NCBI GenBank assembly: GCA_044356295.1
Contig: JBIKWN010000001.1
Span: 1-64,000 of the forward strand
Length of the DNA stretch: 64,000 nt
DNA from: Bdellovibrionota bacterium
GTDB taxonomy: Bacteria; Bdellovibrionota_C; UBA2361; JBIKWN01
Direction: 5' to 3'
The stretch's first letter is position 1. Every line of letters starts with the position of its first letter. The notes beneath the pieces were generated by a model. The model was not told the DNA's origin. It saw nothing but the letters and a program-made list of their open reading frames with translations, and searched no databases. Shown here piece by piece: positions 42,857 to 53,458 of the stretch. A program made the translations under genes and the position numbers.

Positions 42857-44272
42857 ATGAAAAAGAATGAATTCTGCCTTGATAAGAGCCTTGAAGCTCT
42901 AGAAACATTAACTGCATATGACCTAAGCAGATGCTCTACCCAAAAAGCACGAGAGCTCATCCCTTTTACTGAAGCTAGTAAGGCTAAAATTCTTCCACTT
43001 GGTACAATGACAATTGGCACACAAAAAGATTGCCTTCTCATCGTAGCTACTTCTGATACAACTCCAGAAAAATTAAAAGAGATAAGATATTTATCTCAAG
43101 GATTAGAAATAAGAGCTGTAAAAATAGATGAAAAACCCCTTACTGAAGCGATATTCAAAGCATATAAAAAAGATTCTAACAGTATAGAGAGTGCATTAGA
43201 AAAATGCTCCCCTGGAAAAAAAATCTCAATCACCTCAACAGTTTCAGGATTAAACGAAGTGACCACTCCAGAAAACTCACTTTTGTGTAGCCTCTTTGAT
43301 CATGCAATTGCATGGGGGGCTTCAGACCTTCACATCACTCCAACAAAGCAAGGCTTAGTTATTTCAATAAGGGTAGATGGTGAAATTCGAACGAAAGAAA
43401 CTGAGGTAAGAAATGAATCATTATACGCACGACTCTTGCAAAGAATTCGTATAATTGCAGCAATTGATATCGGCAGAAAAGAACCGGCTCAAGAAGGAGC
43501 TTTAGTTATTCCGTACCTTGATAAAACCATTACCGCAAGAGTCAGCCTCGTGCCATCTCTGTTTGGAGAATCACTTGCAATACGTTTCTTAAGTAAGAAC
43601 AGTCAGATATCAATTGATAAGTTACATGCAAGTTTAAAAATGAATCACCAATTGCACGAAATTACAAAGCTTGATTCGGGACTTGTGTTAATAAGTGGTG
43701 CCACTGGTAGCGGCAAAACAACAACGCTGTATGCGTTAGCAAGTGAAATAATAAAACGTAACAAACGAATAATTTCAATAGAAGATCCAGTAGAGAGCAT
43801 CCTCGCCAATGTTACCCAGATTCAAATCGATCCAAAAAGACATATTACATTTGAAAGTTGTCTTAAAGCTGTACTACGACAAGATCCGGATGTACTTATC
43901 ATCGGAGAAATCCGAGAAGCACATATTGCAAAAGCAGCGCTACAGTTTGCGATGACGGGCCATTTGGTGCTTGCAACTATTCATGCAGGTTCTGTTACTG
44001 AAACGAGAGCTCGATTTTCATATCTTGTAGAAAATCCTCAATATGAAAATCAAATAAAAGCAGTACTATTTCAAAAGCTGTTAAAAAACCAACGAGAACC
44101 TGGAAAAAGAGTCCTTTTTATGCAAATAAATGAGGTTTTTGATGACTTAGCTGAACTGCTAGAAATTGGAATCTTGTCAAAAGAAGATTACACTACACTG
44201 AAAATACATGAACCAGTCCATCCAATCACATCTTCCGTACAGACAGAATGTCTGCATGATTCTCTTCAATGA
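42857..44272 (+). CDS. GspE/PilB-family secretion ATPase
   Basis: ASDLHI, GATGSGKTT, EDPVE, LRQDPD, GEIRE, GHLVLATIH. Confidence 0.88.
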   Translation: MKKNEFCLDKSLEALETLTAYDLSRCSTQKARELIPFTEASKAKILPLGTMTIGTQKDCLLIVATSDTTPEKLKEIRYLSQGLEIRAVKIDEKPLTEAIFKAYKKDSNSIESALEKCSPGKKISITSTVSGLNEVTTPENSLLCSLFDHAIAWGASDLHITPTKQGLVISIRVDGEIRTKETEVRNESLYARLLQRIRIIAAIDIGRKEPAQEGALVIPYLDKTITARVSLVPSLFGESLAIRFLSKNSQISIDKLHASLKMNHQLHEITKLDSGLVLISGATGSGKTTTLYALASEIIKRNKRIISIEDPVESILANVTQIQIDPKRHITFESCLKAVLRQDPDVLIIGEIREAHIAKAALQFAMTGHLVLATIHAGSVTETRARFSYLVENPQYENQIKAVLFQKLLKNQREPGKRVLFMQINEVFDDLAELLEIGILSKEDYTTLKIHEPVHPITSSVQTECLHDSLQ

Positions 44273-44687
44273 TAAAAAACAAATTTTATTAGGAGAAAGA
44301 TTCCGACAAGCTGGTATTTGGCAATTTCCGCAAGGAGGCGTTGAATCAGATTTCTCTCTTGAAGAAAATGTATATCGAGAACTCGAAGAAGAGTTAGGCC
44401 TTGCTAAAAGCAATGTGGAAATTATTAAAAAACTAAATGCAACACACCGCTATGAGTGGGAAGTCACTCCACCTCAATTTGAGAATAAGTTCATTGGTCA
44501 AGAACAAACTTTTTGGTTAGTACGTGTTAAAGATGCTACCGCTATTAAACTAGACAACGAAGAGCAAGAGTTTCAAGATTTCAAGTGGCTCGATCCTGAA
44601 GTTGTACTTGCCTCTGTTGAGCCAGTAAGGATTAAAGGTTACGCTGATCCAATGTCAGAAGTTAAAGAAGTGTTATCATCGCTATGA
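44208..44687 (+). CDS. rppH: RNA pyrophosphohydrolase (Nudix)
   Basis: YRQNV, WQFPQGG, RELEEELG, GQEQ. Confidence 0.85.
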   Translation: MNQSIQSHLPYRQNVCMILFNDKKQILLGERFRQAGIWQFPQGGVESDFSLEENVYRELEEELGLAKSNVEIIKKLNATHRYEWEVTPPQFENKFIGQEQTFWLVRVKDATAIKLDNEEQEFQDFKWLDPEVVLASVEPVRIKGYADPMSEVKEVLSSL

Positions 44688-46405
44688 ACTCTTCAGGGCT
44701 TGTCACTACCGCTCATAAAAAAATTAAAGTACGTGCTATTGATCAAAAAAATCTAAAAGAGATTCAATCGAAGCTTAGCGTTCATCCAGTAACATCAAGA
44801 GTTCTTGCAGCAAGAAATTTTCTTCCTGGTTCTGCATTAGATGTTTTTCTTCAACCGACTCTCAAGCAAGGTCTTCCTCATGCTGAGAAACTGGTTGGAC
44901 TTGTCGATGGAGCAAAACTTACAGCTGAAGTTTTTGCGCGTAAAGAAAAAATTGCACTAGCATGTGATTTTGATGTTGATGGACTTTCTGGTGGTGCCCA
45001 GGCATTTCACTTCTTAAAGCAGATTGGCTCTGACGTTAAAATTTATGTTCCTGATCGATTTAAAGATGGGTACGGCTTAAATGAAAACATGATTCGCCAA
45101 ATGCACGAAGAGGGTCATCGCTTACTCATTACTATCGACTACGGCACGACAAATATAAAAGAGATTGAGCTTGCCAGGTCTCTTGGCATGAAAACTATCG
45201 TTATCGATCACCATCATGTGGCAGAACAGCACGCCAATCCGGATGTCTTTATAAATCCTAATCAACCATCGTGTGGATTTGCCGATAAAATTCTATGTGC
45301 TGCTGGACTTGTTTGGTATTTCTTAAATGGCTTAAAGAAAGCAATTCCAGAAGCGTCCTCTATTGATCTAAAAGACTATCTAGATCTGGCTTGTCTTGGA
45401 ACCATTTGTGACATGGTTCCTCTTACTGGAGTTAATAGAGTTATTGCTAAAAAAGGCCTTGAAGTTCTTACGATAACGAAACGGCTTGGACTTATTTCAC
45501 TAAAAAATGTTGCTGGTATCAAAGGTACAGTCAACTGTCATGATGTTGGTTTTGGAATTGGTCCACGAATTAATGCGGCTGGCAGAATGGTGCACGGTGA
45601 AGTTGTTATTGAGCTACTAACTACAGATCAAACAGATAGAGCAGAAAAGTTGGCTGGTAAACTCAACCGATTAAACAACGATCGACAAGACACAGAGCTC
45701 TTGGTTAAAGACCAAGCTATAAAAATGATTCAAAAACGTGGCATTCTTGAAGCTGGACTTGTTGTATTTCATCCTGATTTTCATACAGGTGTAGTTGGAA
45801 TTGTTGCTCAGCGCCTGGTTGAAACATTTTACCGTCCTGCTGTTGTTATGGGAGTGGATTCGGATGGAATGTACAAAGGATCGGTTCGAGGTATTAAAGG
45901 ATTTAATGTTGTTGAAGCATTACATGCAATTGCCCCAACAATGATTAAGTTTGGTGGACACAGTGGGGCAGGGGGAATGTCAGTAGCGCCTGATAAGATG
46001 CCAGAATTTGTTGAGTTATTTAAAGCAGAATGCGTAAAGCGTTTAGAAAAAATCGAGACTGTACCTTACGTAGAAGCTGATACGGAAGTAGTGCTTGATG
46101 AGCTTGATTTTAGTGTCACTGATGAGCTTCAAGGTTTTGCACCGTTTGGCATGGGAAATCCTACTCCAATTTTATTGGCTAAAAATTTAAATATTATTGA
46201 AGTTGCCGTAATCAAGAAGGCTCATACAAAAGTTATCTTCTCAGATGGTAAACGACATATGACTGGAATGTTTTGGAGGAATCCCTCGCACCCAGCCCTC
46301 GTTACTGGAAGTGCCGTAGATGTGGCTTTTAAACTCGATAAAAGCACTTTTAATGGGCGTACAGACCTTCAAGCTACGATTCAAGCTGTAGAGCAATCAA
46401 AGTAA
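44684..46405 (+). CDS. recJ: ssDNA exonuclease RecJ
   Basis: DFDVDG, DHH, GPRINAAGR, GGH, PFGMGNP. Confidence 0.96.
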   Translation: MNSSGLVTTAHKKIKVRAIDQKNLKEIQSKLSVHPVTSRVLAARNFLPGSALDVFLQPTLKQGLPHAEKLVGLVDGAKLTAEVFARKEKIALACDFDVDGLSGGAQAFHFLKQIGSDVKIYVPDRFKDGYGLNENMIRQMHEEGHRLLITIDYGTTNIKEIELARSLGMKTIVIDHHHVAEQHANPDVFINPNQPSCGFADKILCAAGLVWYFLNGLKKAIPEASSIDLKDYLDLACLGTICDMVPLTGVNRVIAKKGLEVLTITKRLGLISLKNVAGIKGTVNCHDVGFGIGPRINAAGRMVHGEVVIELLTTDQTDRAEKLAGKLNRLNNDRQDTELLVKDQAIKMIQKRGILEAGLVVFHPDFHTGVVGIVAQRLVETFYRPAVVMGVDSDGMYKGSVRGIKGFNVVEALHAIAPTMIKFGGHSGAGGMSVAPDKMPEFVELFKAECVKRLEKIETVPYVEADTEVVLDELDFSVTDELQGFAPFGMGNPTPILLAKNLNIIEVAVIKKAHTKVIFSDGKRHMTGMFWRNPSHPALVTGSAVDVAFKLDKSTFNGRTDLQATIQAVEQSK

Positions 46406-46460
46406 ACTATTTTAACCCTCTTCTGTTGATTTTTATAAATAAAATCAATACCTTCTACAC

Positions 46461-47150
46461 ATGAAACTAACGATTGTTATCCCCTGCTACAACGAGAAAA
46501 ATACAATTCACGATATTATTAAAGCTGTTAACGAGTGTCCAGTTGTAGATAAAGAGATCATCATTGTTGATGACTATTCAACTGATGGTTGCAGAGATAT
46601 TTTAAAAAACGAAATTGCACCTCACGTTGCAAAGATTGTGTATCATGATTTCAATCAAGGAAAAGGCGCAGCGCTTAGAACTGGTTTCCAACACGCAACA
46701 GGAGATATCGTTGTCGTTCAAGATGCCGACCTTGAATACGATCCGAAAGAGTTAGCACTCCTTATGGATCCAATTGTTCGCGGCAAAGCTGATGTTGTTT
46801 TCGGTTCAAGGTTTATGGGTGGACAACCTCACCGTGTTGTTTACTTCTGGCACATGGTTGGAAATAAGTTCTTAACACTTCTTTCTAATATGTTTACCAA
46901 TATTAATCTTACCGATATGGAAACATGTTACAAAATGTTTCGTCGAGAAATCATTCAAAGTATAAAAATTGAAGAGAATCGATTTGGATTTGAGCCTGAA
47001 ATCACCGCTAAAATTTCTAAACTTAACTGTCGGATTTTTGAGATGGGTATTTCTTACTACGGAAGAACCTATGCTGAAGGTAAGAAAATCGGAATGAAAG
47101 ATGGATTCCGCGCGATATATGCAATTATTAAATATAATTTGTTTTCATAA
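46461..47150 (+). CDS. GT2 glycosyltransferase (DPM1-like)
   Basis: [28 protein letters not shown]. Confidence 0.92.
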   Translation: MKLTIVIPCYNEKNTIHDIIKAVNECPVVDKEIIIVDDYSTDGCRDILKNEIAPHVAKIVYHDFNQGKGAALRTGFQHATGDIVVVQDADLEYDPKELALLMDPIVRGKADVVFGSRFMGGQPHRVVYFWHMVGNKFLTLLSNMFTNINLTDMETCYKMFRREIIQSIKIEENRFGFEPEITAKISKLNCRIFEMGISYYGRTYAEGKKIGMKDGFRAIYAIIKYNLFS

Positions 47151-47200
47151 ATAATCTGGCTCGTAGGTTTTTGCACGTTGTCTTGTTTAAGTAGTTATAG

Positions 47201-47527
47201 ATGCCAACTTGTACACAGTTAAAACCACCGAACGGTCTGTCGGATATTCCAGAGGATAACGTCTGGATTCACACTCATGTTCTCTCTACGGAATATTTTG
47301 GTGTGGTAGGATTAGCTGTATACAGCATTGAGGAACTAGCAAAATTAGTATTCCCAGATTGGTCTGACCCAGTAGTTAAAAAAACTTTTAAAGTAATTGA
47401 GATACCCTTCGAGGAGGCCCGAGAGATTGCAAAAACTACATTAAACTCGGATGGAGAACAATTAATTGCCGTACATATTCATGACGAAAGTCCCATGATA
47501 CCTTCTCGGACACATTGGGTAGATTAG
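47201..47527 (+). CDS. Hypothetical protein
   Basis: ORF only. Confidence 0.5.
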   Translation: MPTCTQLKPPNGLSDIPEDNVWIHTHVLSTEYFGVVGLAVYSIEELAKLVFPDWSDPVVKKTFKVIEIPFEEAREIAKTTLNSDGEQLIAVHIHDESPMIPSRTHWVD

Positions 47528-47754
47528 CAGCTAGACGATAACGGAATTTAGTTACGAGATGGAAAAGATCAAAGTAATTTAATTCTTGAAAAAAAATCAT
47601 TTTCTAATTAAGTACTAGCGCCTCCTACCGAATCTTTAACTTTTTATAATGATCTCTTGTTAATCAAGATCGCCTCTTTTGTATTCTGCGAATTCAGATT
47701 TAAATACCTTCGGTGATGGGAAAAGTCGAAAAACATCGGACATAGAATAACTAT

Positions 47755-48102
47755 ATGAAGAAAATTCTCTTTGCTTGTTTTTTTATCTTAATAGACACAT
47801 CTTTAGCCTTTGCAAAAATTGGAGATCCTAAACCAATCACGATTAATAATGTCACATATCAAAGCCATGCTAATTATGTTGAGGCATTGAATGCCACTAC
47901 CCAAGGCCAAATATGGCGAACCACTTTCCCTGGCAGCATAAAACCTGATTCAATTAATCCGAATCTTGAAGAAGACGTTCAATGGCATATAGTATGTTGC
48001 CTAAAAGTTACAGACGACTTCGTAGAGGCAAAATTCAGGCAAATTACTTATCGCTTGAATAGAGTAACGGGTAAAATTGTCTCAGCAATTCCGGCAGAGT
48101 AA
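47755..48102 (+). CDS. Hypothetical secreted protein
   Basis: MKK start and signal peptide ending AFA. Confidence 0.65.
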   Translation: MKKILFACFFILIDTSLAFAKIGDPKPITINNVTYQSHANYVEALNATTQGQIWRTTFPGSIKPDSINPNLEEDVQWHIVCCLKVTDDFVEAKFRQITYRLNRVTGKIVSAIPAE

Positions 48103-48192
48103 GATTTTTCGCAAATAAACTGGATTTATTTAAAATAGTGTCGTTTATTATTAGCACATGATTTGCAATAAGTTCTTAACGCTTCTTTCTAA

Positions 48193-48276
48193 TATGTTTC
48201 GGTGACTTTTACTGATTTACGAATACCTCCAGCCAATAGGCTAGAGAAACTTCATGGTAATCGTGCCGGACAGTGA
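48193..48276 (+). pseudogene. higB: higB toxin remnant
   Basis: Translates to ...TDLRIPPANRLEKLHGNRAGQ* just upstream of higA. Confidence 0.8.
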
Positions 48277-48294
48277 ATTATCACGAGTTAAATT

Positions 48295-48591
48295 ATGAAA
48301 AAAAAGAAATTAAATCCTATTCATCCTGGTGAAGTCCTTATGGAAGAATTCTTGACTCCCATGAATCTAAGCCAAAACAGGCTCGCTCTTGCTCTTGGTG
48401 TGCCAGCTCGCCGAATTAATGAAATTGCTCTCGAGAAAAGAGGGGTGAGCGCGGATACTGCCTTAAGGCTTGCGGCTTACTTTGGTAATTCAGCTACTTT
48501 CTGGCTTGGACTACAAATGGACTACGATCTCGATTGTGCGAGAATAGAAATTGGAAGTTCTATTGAAAAAGATGTTCGAAAAAGAGCATAA
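48295..48591 (+). CDS. higA: HigA/VapI antitoxin
   Basis: PIHPGEVL.EEFL, RINEI, TALRL..YFG, FWLGLQ..YDL. Confidence 0.93.
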   Translation: MKKKKLNPIHPGEVLMEEFLTPMNLSQNRLALALGVPARRINEIALEKRGVSADTALRLAAYFGNSATFWLGLQMDYDLDCARIEIGSSIEKDVRKRA

Positions 48592-48730
48592 CTTAGATTT
48601 TATAGTCAAAGAAGTCAGCCAAAAAAATAGGACTGTCCTTCATCATATCTTAGAACTAATGAATCTATAAACAATACTAAAAAAAACTACTCCGTTACAG
48701 TTTAAGCTACAAAAAACTGCAGGTAGGGCT

Positions 48731-49180
48731 TTGGAAGTTCAGTCAATTAAAGATTACTCGCCATCTTTTTCTAAAGCTACTCTCATTGGAGGTGGTGTAG
48801 ATGCTTTTACTTTTAGTAGTTTTGAATCTGAAAAATATGGAATTATTGCTTTCTTAGTTAAAGGATCATTACTTTATTGTGATGTTAGCACTCAAACGGT
48901 GAATCCAAAGCAGCTAGAAGAAGCAAAAGCAGACAGTGAAAGTTTTCGCAGTGCTTCTGATATTGTTTCAGCAATAAAAGCTATCATTGATATCTATAAA
49001 AGGCCCCCAAATGATGTTTCCGAATTGAGCACGTATCTTAAAGATCAAATTTCATTAAAGAATTTTGAATTTCGCCCTCTTAACGGTGAGGACGGAACTA
49101 TTCGAACACTGCCCTTGGTGGGGGGAAGTATTTCAATTCAATATATCAATGGGGAAGTTCGTATATGTGCAGTAAAATAA
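48731..49180 (+). CDS. Hypothetical protein
   Basis: ORF only; TTG start with AGG upstream. Confidence 0.5.
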   Translation: MEVQSIKDYSPSFSKATLIGGGVDAFTFSSFESEKYGIIAFLVKGSLLYCDVSTQTVNPKQLEEAKADSESFRSASDIVSAIKAIIDIYKRPPNDVSELSTYLKDQISLKNFEFRPLNGEDGTIRTLPLVGGSISIQYINGEVRICAVK

Positions 49181-49303
49181 ATTAGAATTCAATTCTGTGG
49201 AATCAAGAACTAATCTCTTAAAATTACTCAGTTCTAGTATCTAAAAAAGGGGATTAAGTACTTAATATAACATGCCGATTATACCTCACTGGCGAGTTAT
49301 ATA

Positions 49304-51751
49304 ATGAAAGCTGATTTACCTATCAATGAGAATGAAAGATTAGACGAATTATATTCGTTGGATATTCTAGACACTGAATCGGAAAAAATATTCGATGAGC
49401 TTGTTGCATTAGCTGCAAGGCTCTGTGATACACCGATCGCACTGATTTCTATTGTTGATAAAGATAGGCAGTGGTTTAAAAGTAAACTTGGTCTTACTGC
49501 TAGTGAAACTCATCGAGACTTAGCTTTCTGTGCACATGCAATACACTCGACCGAGCCTCTTATTGTCAATGATGCTACTAAAGACTCAAGATTCTCTGAT
49601 AACCTACTTGTAACCGGAGATCCAGAAATCCGGTTCTATGCTGGAATACCGCTGGTAACATCTAAAGGCTACGCTTTAGGAACGCTCTGTACCATTGATA
49701 CAAAACCAAAAGAGATCCCTGAACTAGCCATAGAAACATTAAAAGTATTAGCGAAAAATGTAATTTTTCAACTTGAATTAAAAAAGAAAAATAAGGAAGT
49801 TCAAAAAGCGTGTATCGCTTCGATTGCAAGTGAAAGAAAACTTGAAAAAATCCTTAGTACAACTTCTGTTTTTGTTTGGACTTCTGGAGTAGATAAAAAA
49901 TGTGACTACTTTAATCAGTCATGGCTTGATTTCACTGGAAGAACTCTTGAACAAGAATTAGGAGACGGATGGGTTGAAGGAGTGCATCCTGCCGATCGTC
50001 AAAGATGCTTCAGTACATATAGTGACGCGTTCGAAAAAAGAGCCCCTTTCTCGATGAATTATCGCTTAAAATATAATGATGGTACCTTTCGTTGGATAGA
50101 GGGCAATGGAAACCCTTGGTTCTTTGATAATGACGATTTCGGTGGTTACGTTAATTGTTGTCATGATATTCATGAAAAAGTTCGCATCGAAGAAGAATCA
50201 AAGTTTATCAACGAGAGATATGACCTTGCAGTACAAGGATCCTCCGACGGAATCTGGGACTGGATAGATGTAAAATCAGAAGATGAGTGGTGGTCAAAAA
50301 GATTCTATGAGCTACTGGGGTATGCGGATCAAGAGATTCCTTCGACTCGTTCTACTTTTAAATCTCTCCTTCATAAAGATGATGTCGATAAAACTTTTAA
50401 AGCAGTGAATTCAGCTTTTGAATTTGACGAACCATTCAATATTGAATACAGATTAAAAACGAAAAGTGGGGTTTACCGTTGGTTTCAAGGTAGGGCAAAA
50501 GTAGTTCGTGATGAAATAGGGAATCCAACAAGAATGTCGGGTTCAATAACTGACATCACCGCTAGAAAACGTGCTGAAAACGACCTCAAGGAAGCAGTCA
50601 TAAAAGCTGAGTCGGCAACGAAATCAAAGGCGTTATTTCTAGCTAATATGAGTCATGAAATCCGCACTCCTCTGACTGCAATAATTGGATTTACTGAAAC
50701 CGCAAAACTTCCCGATTGCTCACCCGAGCTTATGCAAGAAGCTTTGGATGTCGTTAGTTCAAGTAGTCAACACTTACTTGGTATCATTAATGATATTTTA
50801 GATTTATCAAAGCTTGATGCAGGCGCAGTCGTATGTGAGAAAATAAATTTCTCTGTTGTAAAAATATTACTAGACACTCAAAAACTCTTTCAGCTTAGGG
50901 CAAAAGAGAATGGGCTTTCGCTTAATTATCATTATAATTGGCCTTTGCCATCAACAATCACAGGGGATCCTCTTAGGCTAAAACAGGTACTATTAAACCT
51001 AATAGGTAATGCAATAAAATTTACAAAGAGTGGTTCGGTCGATGTAACAACATCTTTTAATCAAGCAACTAACAAGATCCAAATCTCTATTAAAGATACT
51101 GGAATTGGACTAACAACAGATCAACAAGCCACTTTGTTTACTCCATTTACTCAGGCTGATACTTCAACAAGCAGAAAATTTGGTGGAACTGGACTTGGCT
51201 TATCAATTACAAAACAACTTCTAGAGATGATGTCAGGTACTATCTCGGTAAACAGTATACATAACAAAGGCTCAGTTTTTACCGTTGAATTAGATACTTC
51301 TAGCAGTACTGGATTTACGATGCTTTCTTCAGTAGAACAGAGCACGAATGATTTCGTACAAAAAGAAAATAATTCCACGCTTCCAACTTTAAAAGGTAAA
51401 ATCTTAATAGCTGAAGATGTGGCAGCTAATAGAAGACTTCTTGAAGTTATTCTTAGAAAAACAGATTTAGAGATTGTATTTGCTCTGAATGGAAGAGAAG
51501 CTATTGAAGCTACTACTAAAAATAATTTTGATCTTATCCTTATGGATATGCAAATGCCTGAAGTTGATGGATTCGAGGCAACTAAAGAGATTAGGAGCAA
51601 AAATAAGAAAGTTCCAATTATTGCCTTTACTGCAAACGCTTTAAATGAAGATATTATTAGAACACAAGAAGCAGGGTGTAATTCGCATCTTGATAAACCT
51701 TTAGATCGTAAGCAATTTATAGAAACGCTTATGCTCTACCTTTCAAAGTAA
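49304..51751 (+). CDS. Cytoplasmic hybrid histidine kinase GAF-PAS-PAS-HisKA-HATPase-REC
   Basis: AFCAHAI/FYAG, two PAS/PAC, MSHEIRTP, GNAIKFT, GGTGLGL, LMDMQMP. Confidence 0.95.
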   Translation: MKADLPINENERLDELYSLDILDTESEKIFDELVALAARLCDTPIALISIVDKDRQWFKSKLGLTASETHRDLAFCAHAIHSTEPLIVNDATKDSRFSDNLLVTGDPEIRFYAGIPLVTSKGYALGTLCTIDTKPKEIPELAIETLKVLAKNVIFQLELKKKNKEVQKACIASIASERKLEKILSTTSVFVWTSGVDKKCDYFNQSWLDFTGRTLEQELGDGWVEGVHPADRQRCFSTYSDAFEKRAPFSMNYRLKYNDGTFRWIEGNGNPWFFDNDDFGGYVNCCHDIHEKVRIEEESKFINERYDLAVQGSSDGIWDWIDVKSEDEWWSKRFYELLGYADQEIPSTRSTFKSLLHKDDVDKTFKAVNSAFEFDEPFNIEYRLKTKSGVYRWFQGRAKVVRDEIGNPTRMSGSITDITARKRAENDLKEAVIKAESATKSKALFLANMSHEIRTPLTAIIGFTETAKLPDCSPELMQEALDVVSSSSQHLLGIINDILDLSKLDAGAVVCEKINFSVVKILLDTQKLFQLRAKENGLSLNYHYNWPLPSTITGDPLRLKQVLLNLIGNAIKFTKSGSVDVTTSFNQATNKIQISIKDTGIGLTTDQQATLFTPFTQADTSTSRKFGGTGLGLSITKQLLEMMSGTISVNSIHNKGSVFTVELDTSSSTGFTMLSSVEQSTNDFVQKENNSTLPTLKGKILIAEDVAANRRLLEVILRKTDLEIVFALNGREAIEATTKNNFDLILMDMQMPEVDGFEATKEIRSKNKKVPIIAFTANALNEDIIRTQEAGCNSHLDKPLDRKQFIETLMLYLSK

Positions 51752-51808
51752 CACTGCTGAAATTAAGTCTTTTCGTGTAAAGGATATAATTCCATTGCCC
51801 AATAAATT

Positions 51809-52576
51809 TCATCTCCCTCGATGAATCATCCGAAACCGAAAAATATCCCGAAACATTCTTATCGAATCAAGAACTAAGTTTACTTTGGAACCAGGGACGT
51901 TTTCCCAGTTGATCGGCACTTCAGCAATCTTCATTTTAAATTTTCTTGCTAAGTATAAAAGCTCAACATCAAAACTAAATCGCTCTGCTGTTTGTAGTGG
52001 GAAAAGTTTTTGCGCAGCTTCAAAAGTAAACATCTTAAAGCCACACTGAGTATCAGTGATACCGGGGAGGATAATAAAATTCACATAATTATTAAAAATT
52101 CTTCCAAGAAGCTTCCGGTACCAAATGGTTTTTATCTGTGTATCACTACTTTTCATTGCACGTGAACCAATTGCAACATCGGCTCCATCTTTAATTGCCG
52201 CTTCCAGTCGTTCTATTTCTGCGATTGGAGTTGCTCCGTCAGCATCTACAAATATTATTCTTGAACCAGTTGCATTCTCTGCTCCGGTTCTTACAGCGTG
52301 TCCCTTACCTCTGTTCTTTGGAAGCCGAATACATTTGACTTCTTGCGGTCGCACTCGTTCAAACTTTCTAACAATCGATGAAGTCTCATCTGTACTTCCA
52401 TCATCAACGACGATGACTTCGTAGTTAATCTCTCGCTTTTCAATGTAATCAATAATGTCGATAAGGGTTGGTGGTAGGCGCCAGCGCTCGTTATAGGCAG
52501 GTATAATTATTGAGAGTTCTATCCCTGTTTTTTGAAGGGGCTGCCCCTTTATCCACTCTTCGACAACATCAGACAT
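51809..52576 (-). CDS. Dolichyl-phosphate glucosyltransferase-like GT2
   Basis: PAYNE, NRGKG, DADG, DTQCGFK, FDVELL. Confidence 0.9.
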   Translation of the reverse strand: MSDVVEEWIKGQPLQKTGIELSIIIPAYNERWRLPPTLIDIIDYIEKREINYEVIVVDDGSTDETSSIVRKFERVRPQEVKCIRLPKNRGKGHAVRTGAENATGSRIIFVDADGATPIAEIERLEAAIKDGADVAIGSRAMKSSDTQIKTIWYRKLLGRIFNNYVNFIILPGITDTQCGFKMFTFEAAQKLFPLQTAERFSFDVELLYLARKFKMKIAEVPINWENVPGSKVNLVLDSIRMFRDIFRFRMIHRGR

Positions 52577-52707
52577 GTAGTAATTTCAGTATGTTAGGTA
52601 TCTTTTACCGCCCAGAAATTGCTTTCTTAGCCTCTAATGAATTAGAATCATTAAACAATATACATTATAGCGAAACATAAGATCTTCAAGTCAGGGCTTT
52701 ACACACT

Positions 52708-52869
52708 ATGAAACGAACCTACCAACCAAGTAAAAAGAGCAGAAAAACTACTCATGGTTTCAGATCAAGAATGGAAACTAAAGGTGGACAGAAAATATTG
52801 AATGCTCGTCGTGCTAAAGGCAGAAAGAGAGTTTCTGTAACTGCGCCTAAGAAAGGTCACTATAAATAA
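52708..52869 (+). CDS. rpmH: 50S ribosomal protein L34
   Basis: Not in track: [22 protein letters not shown]...RRAKGRKRV..., 53 aa. Confidence 0.97.
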   Translation: MKRTYQPSKKSRKTTHGFRSRMETKGGQKILNARRAKGRKRVSVTAPKKGHYK

Positions 52870-53194
52870 GCTTAAAAAATCATTTGAGTTCCGTCGCGCC
52901 AAAAACGCCCCTCTCAAACTTCAAAGCTACAATTTATCTCTGCAACTCACTGAAAGTGAGCACGATTCTTGGCGTCTAGGCATTACTGTCTCAACTAAAA
53001 TTGATAAACGTGCTGTCATTAGAAATCGTATCAAAAGAATCCTTAGAGTTGCTTTTCAAAGCCTCCTTCCAAAATTGCAAGGGTCATTTGATATCGTCAT
53101 AATTGCACGTAAGGATTTCTCGGCGATGTCTTCTCAAGATATAGCCAAAGAACTTCAAAAACTCTTGCAAGGAAAATCGCTATTAAAAGCTTAA
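52862..53194 (+). CDS. rnpA: RNase P protein component (non-canonical start)
   Basis: Not in track: [34 protein letters not shown]; lies between rpmH and yidD. Start uncertain. Confidence 0.9.
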   Translation: MNKLKKSFEFRRAKNAPLKLQSYNLSLQLTESEHDSWRLGITVSTKIDKRAVIRNRIKRILRVAFQSLLPKLQGSFDIVIIARKDFSAMSSQDIAKELQKLLQGKSLLKA

Positions 53195-53214
53195 ATTCGC
53201 TTCTTTCACTTATC

Positions 53215-53427
53215 GTGATAAGCCTCATTAAAGGGTATAAATACTTTGTCAGTCCGCTCTTTGGACAACACTGTAGATTTCATCCGACGTGTAGTGAATA
53301 TGCGATTGATGCGATAAAACACTTTGGAATTTTTAAAGGATTATTCTTAGCAATAATACGAGTTATACGGTGCAATCCCTGGAGCACTGGTGGCATCGAT
53401 CCTCATCACCTACATACAAAGAAATAA
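53215..53427 (+). CDS. yidD: Membrane protein insertion efficiency factor
   Basis: CRFHPTCSEY, RCNPW..GG.DP. Confidence 0.93.
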   Translation: MISLIKGYKYFVSPLFGQHCRFHPTCSEYAIDAIKHFGIFKGLFLAIIRVIRCNPWSTGGIDPHHLHTKK

Positions 53428-53458
53428 AACTTAGACTGAATTTTGAGAAGAAAAAACT

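Noticed and set aside
52549..52707. oriC upstream of rpmH
   Set aside because: Only one 8/9 DnaA-box match (TTATCCACT, inside the GT2 gene) and no dnaA.
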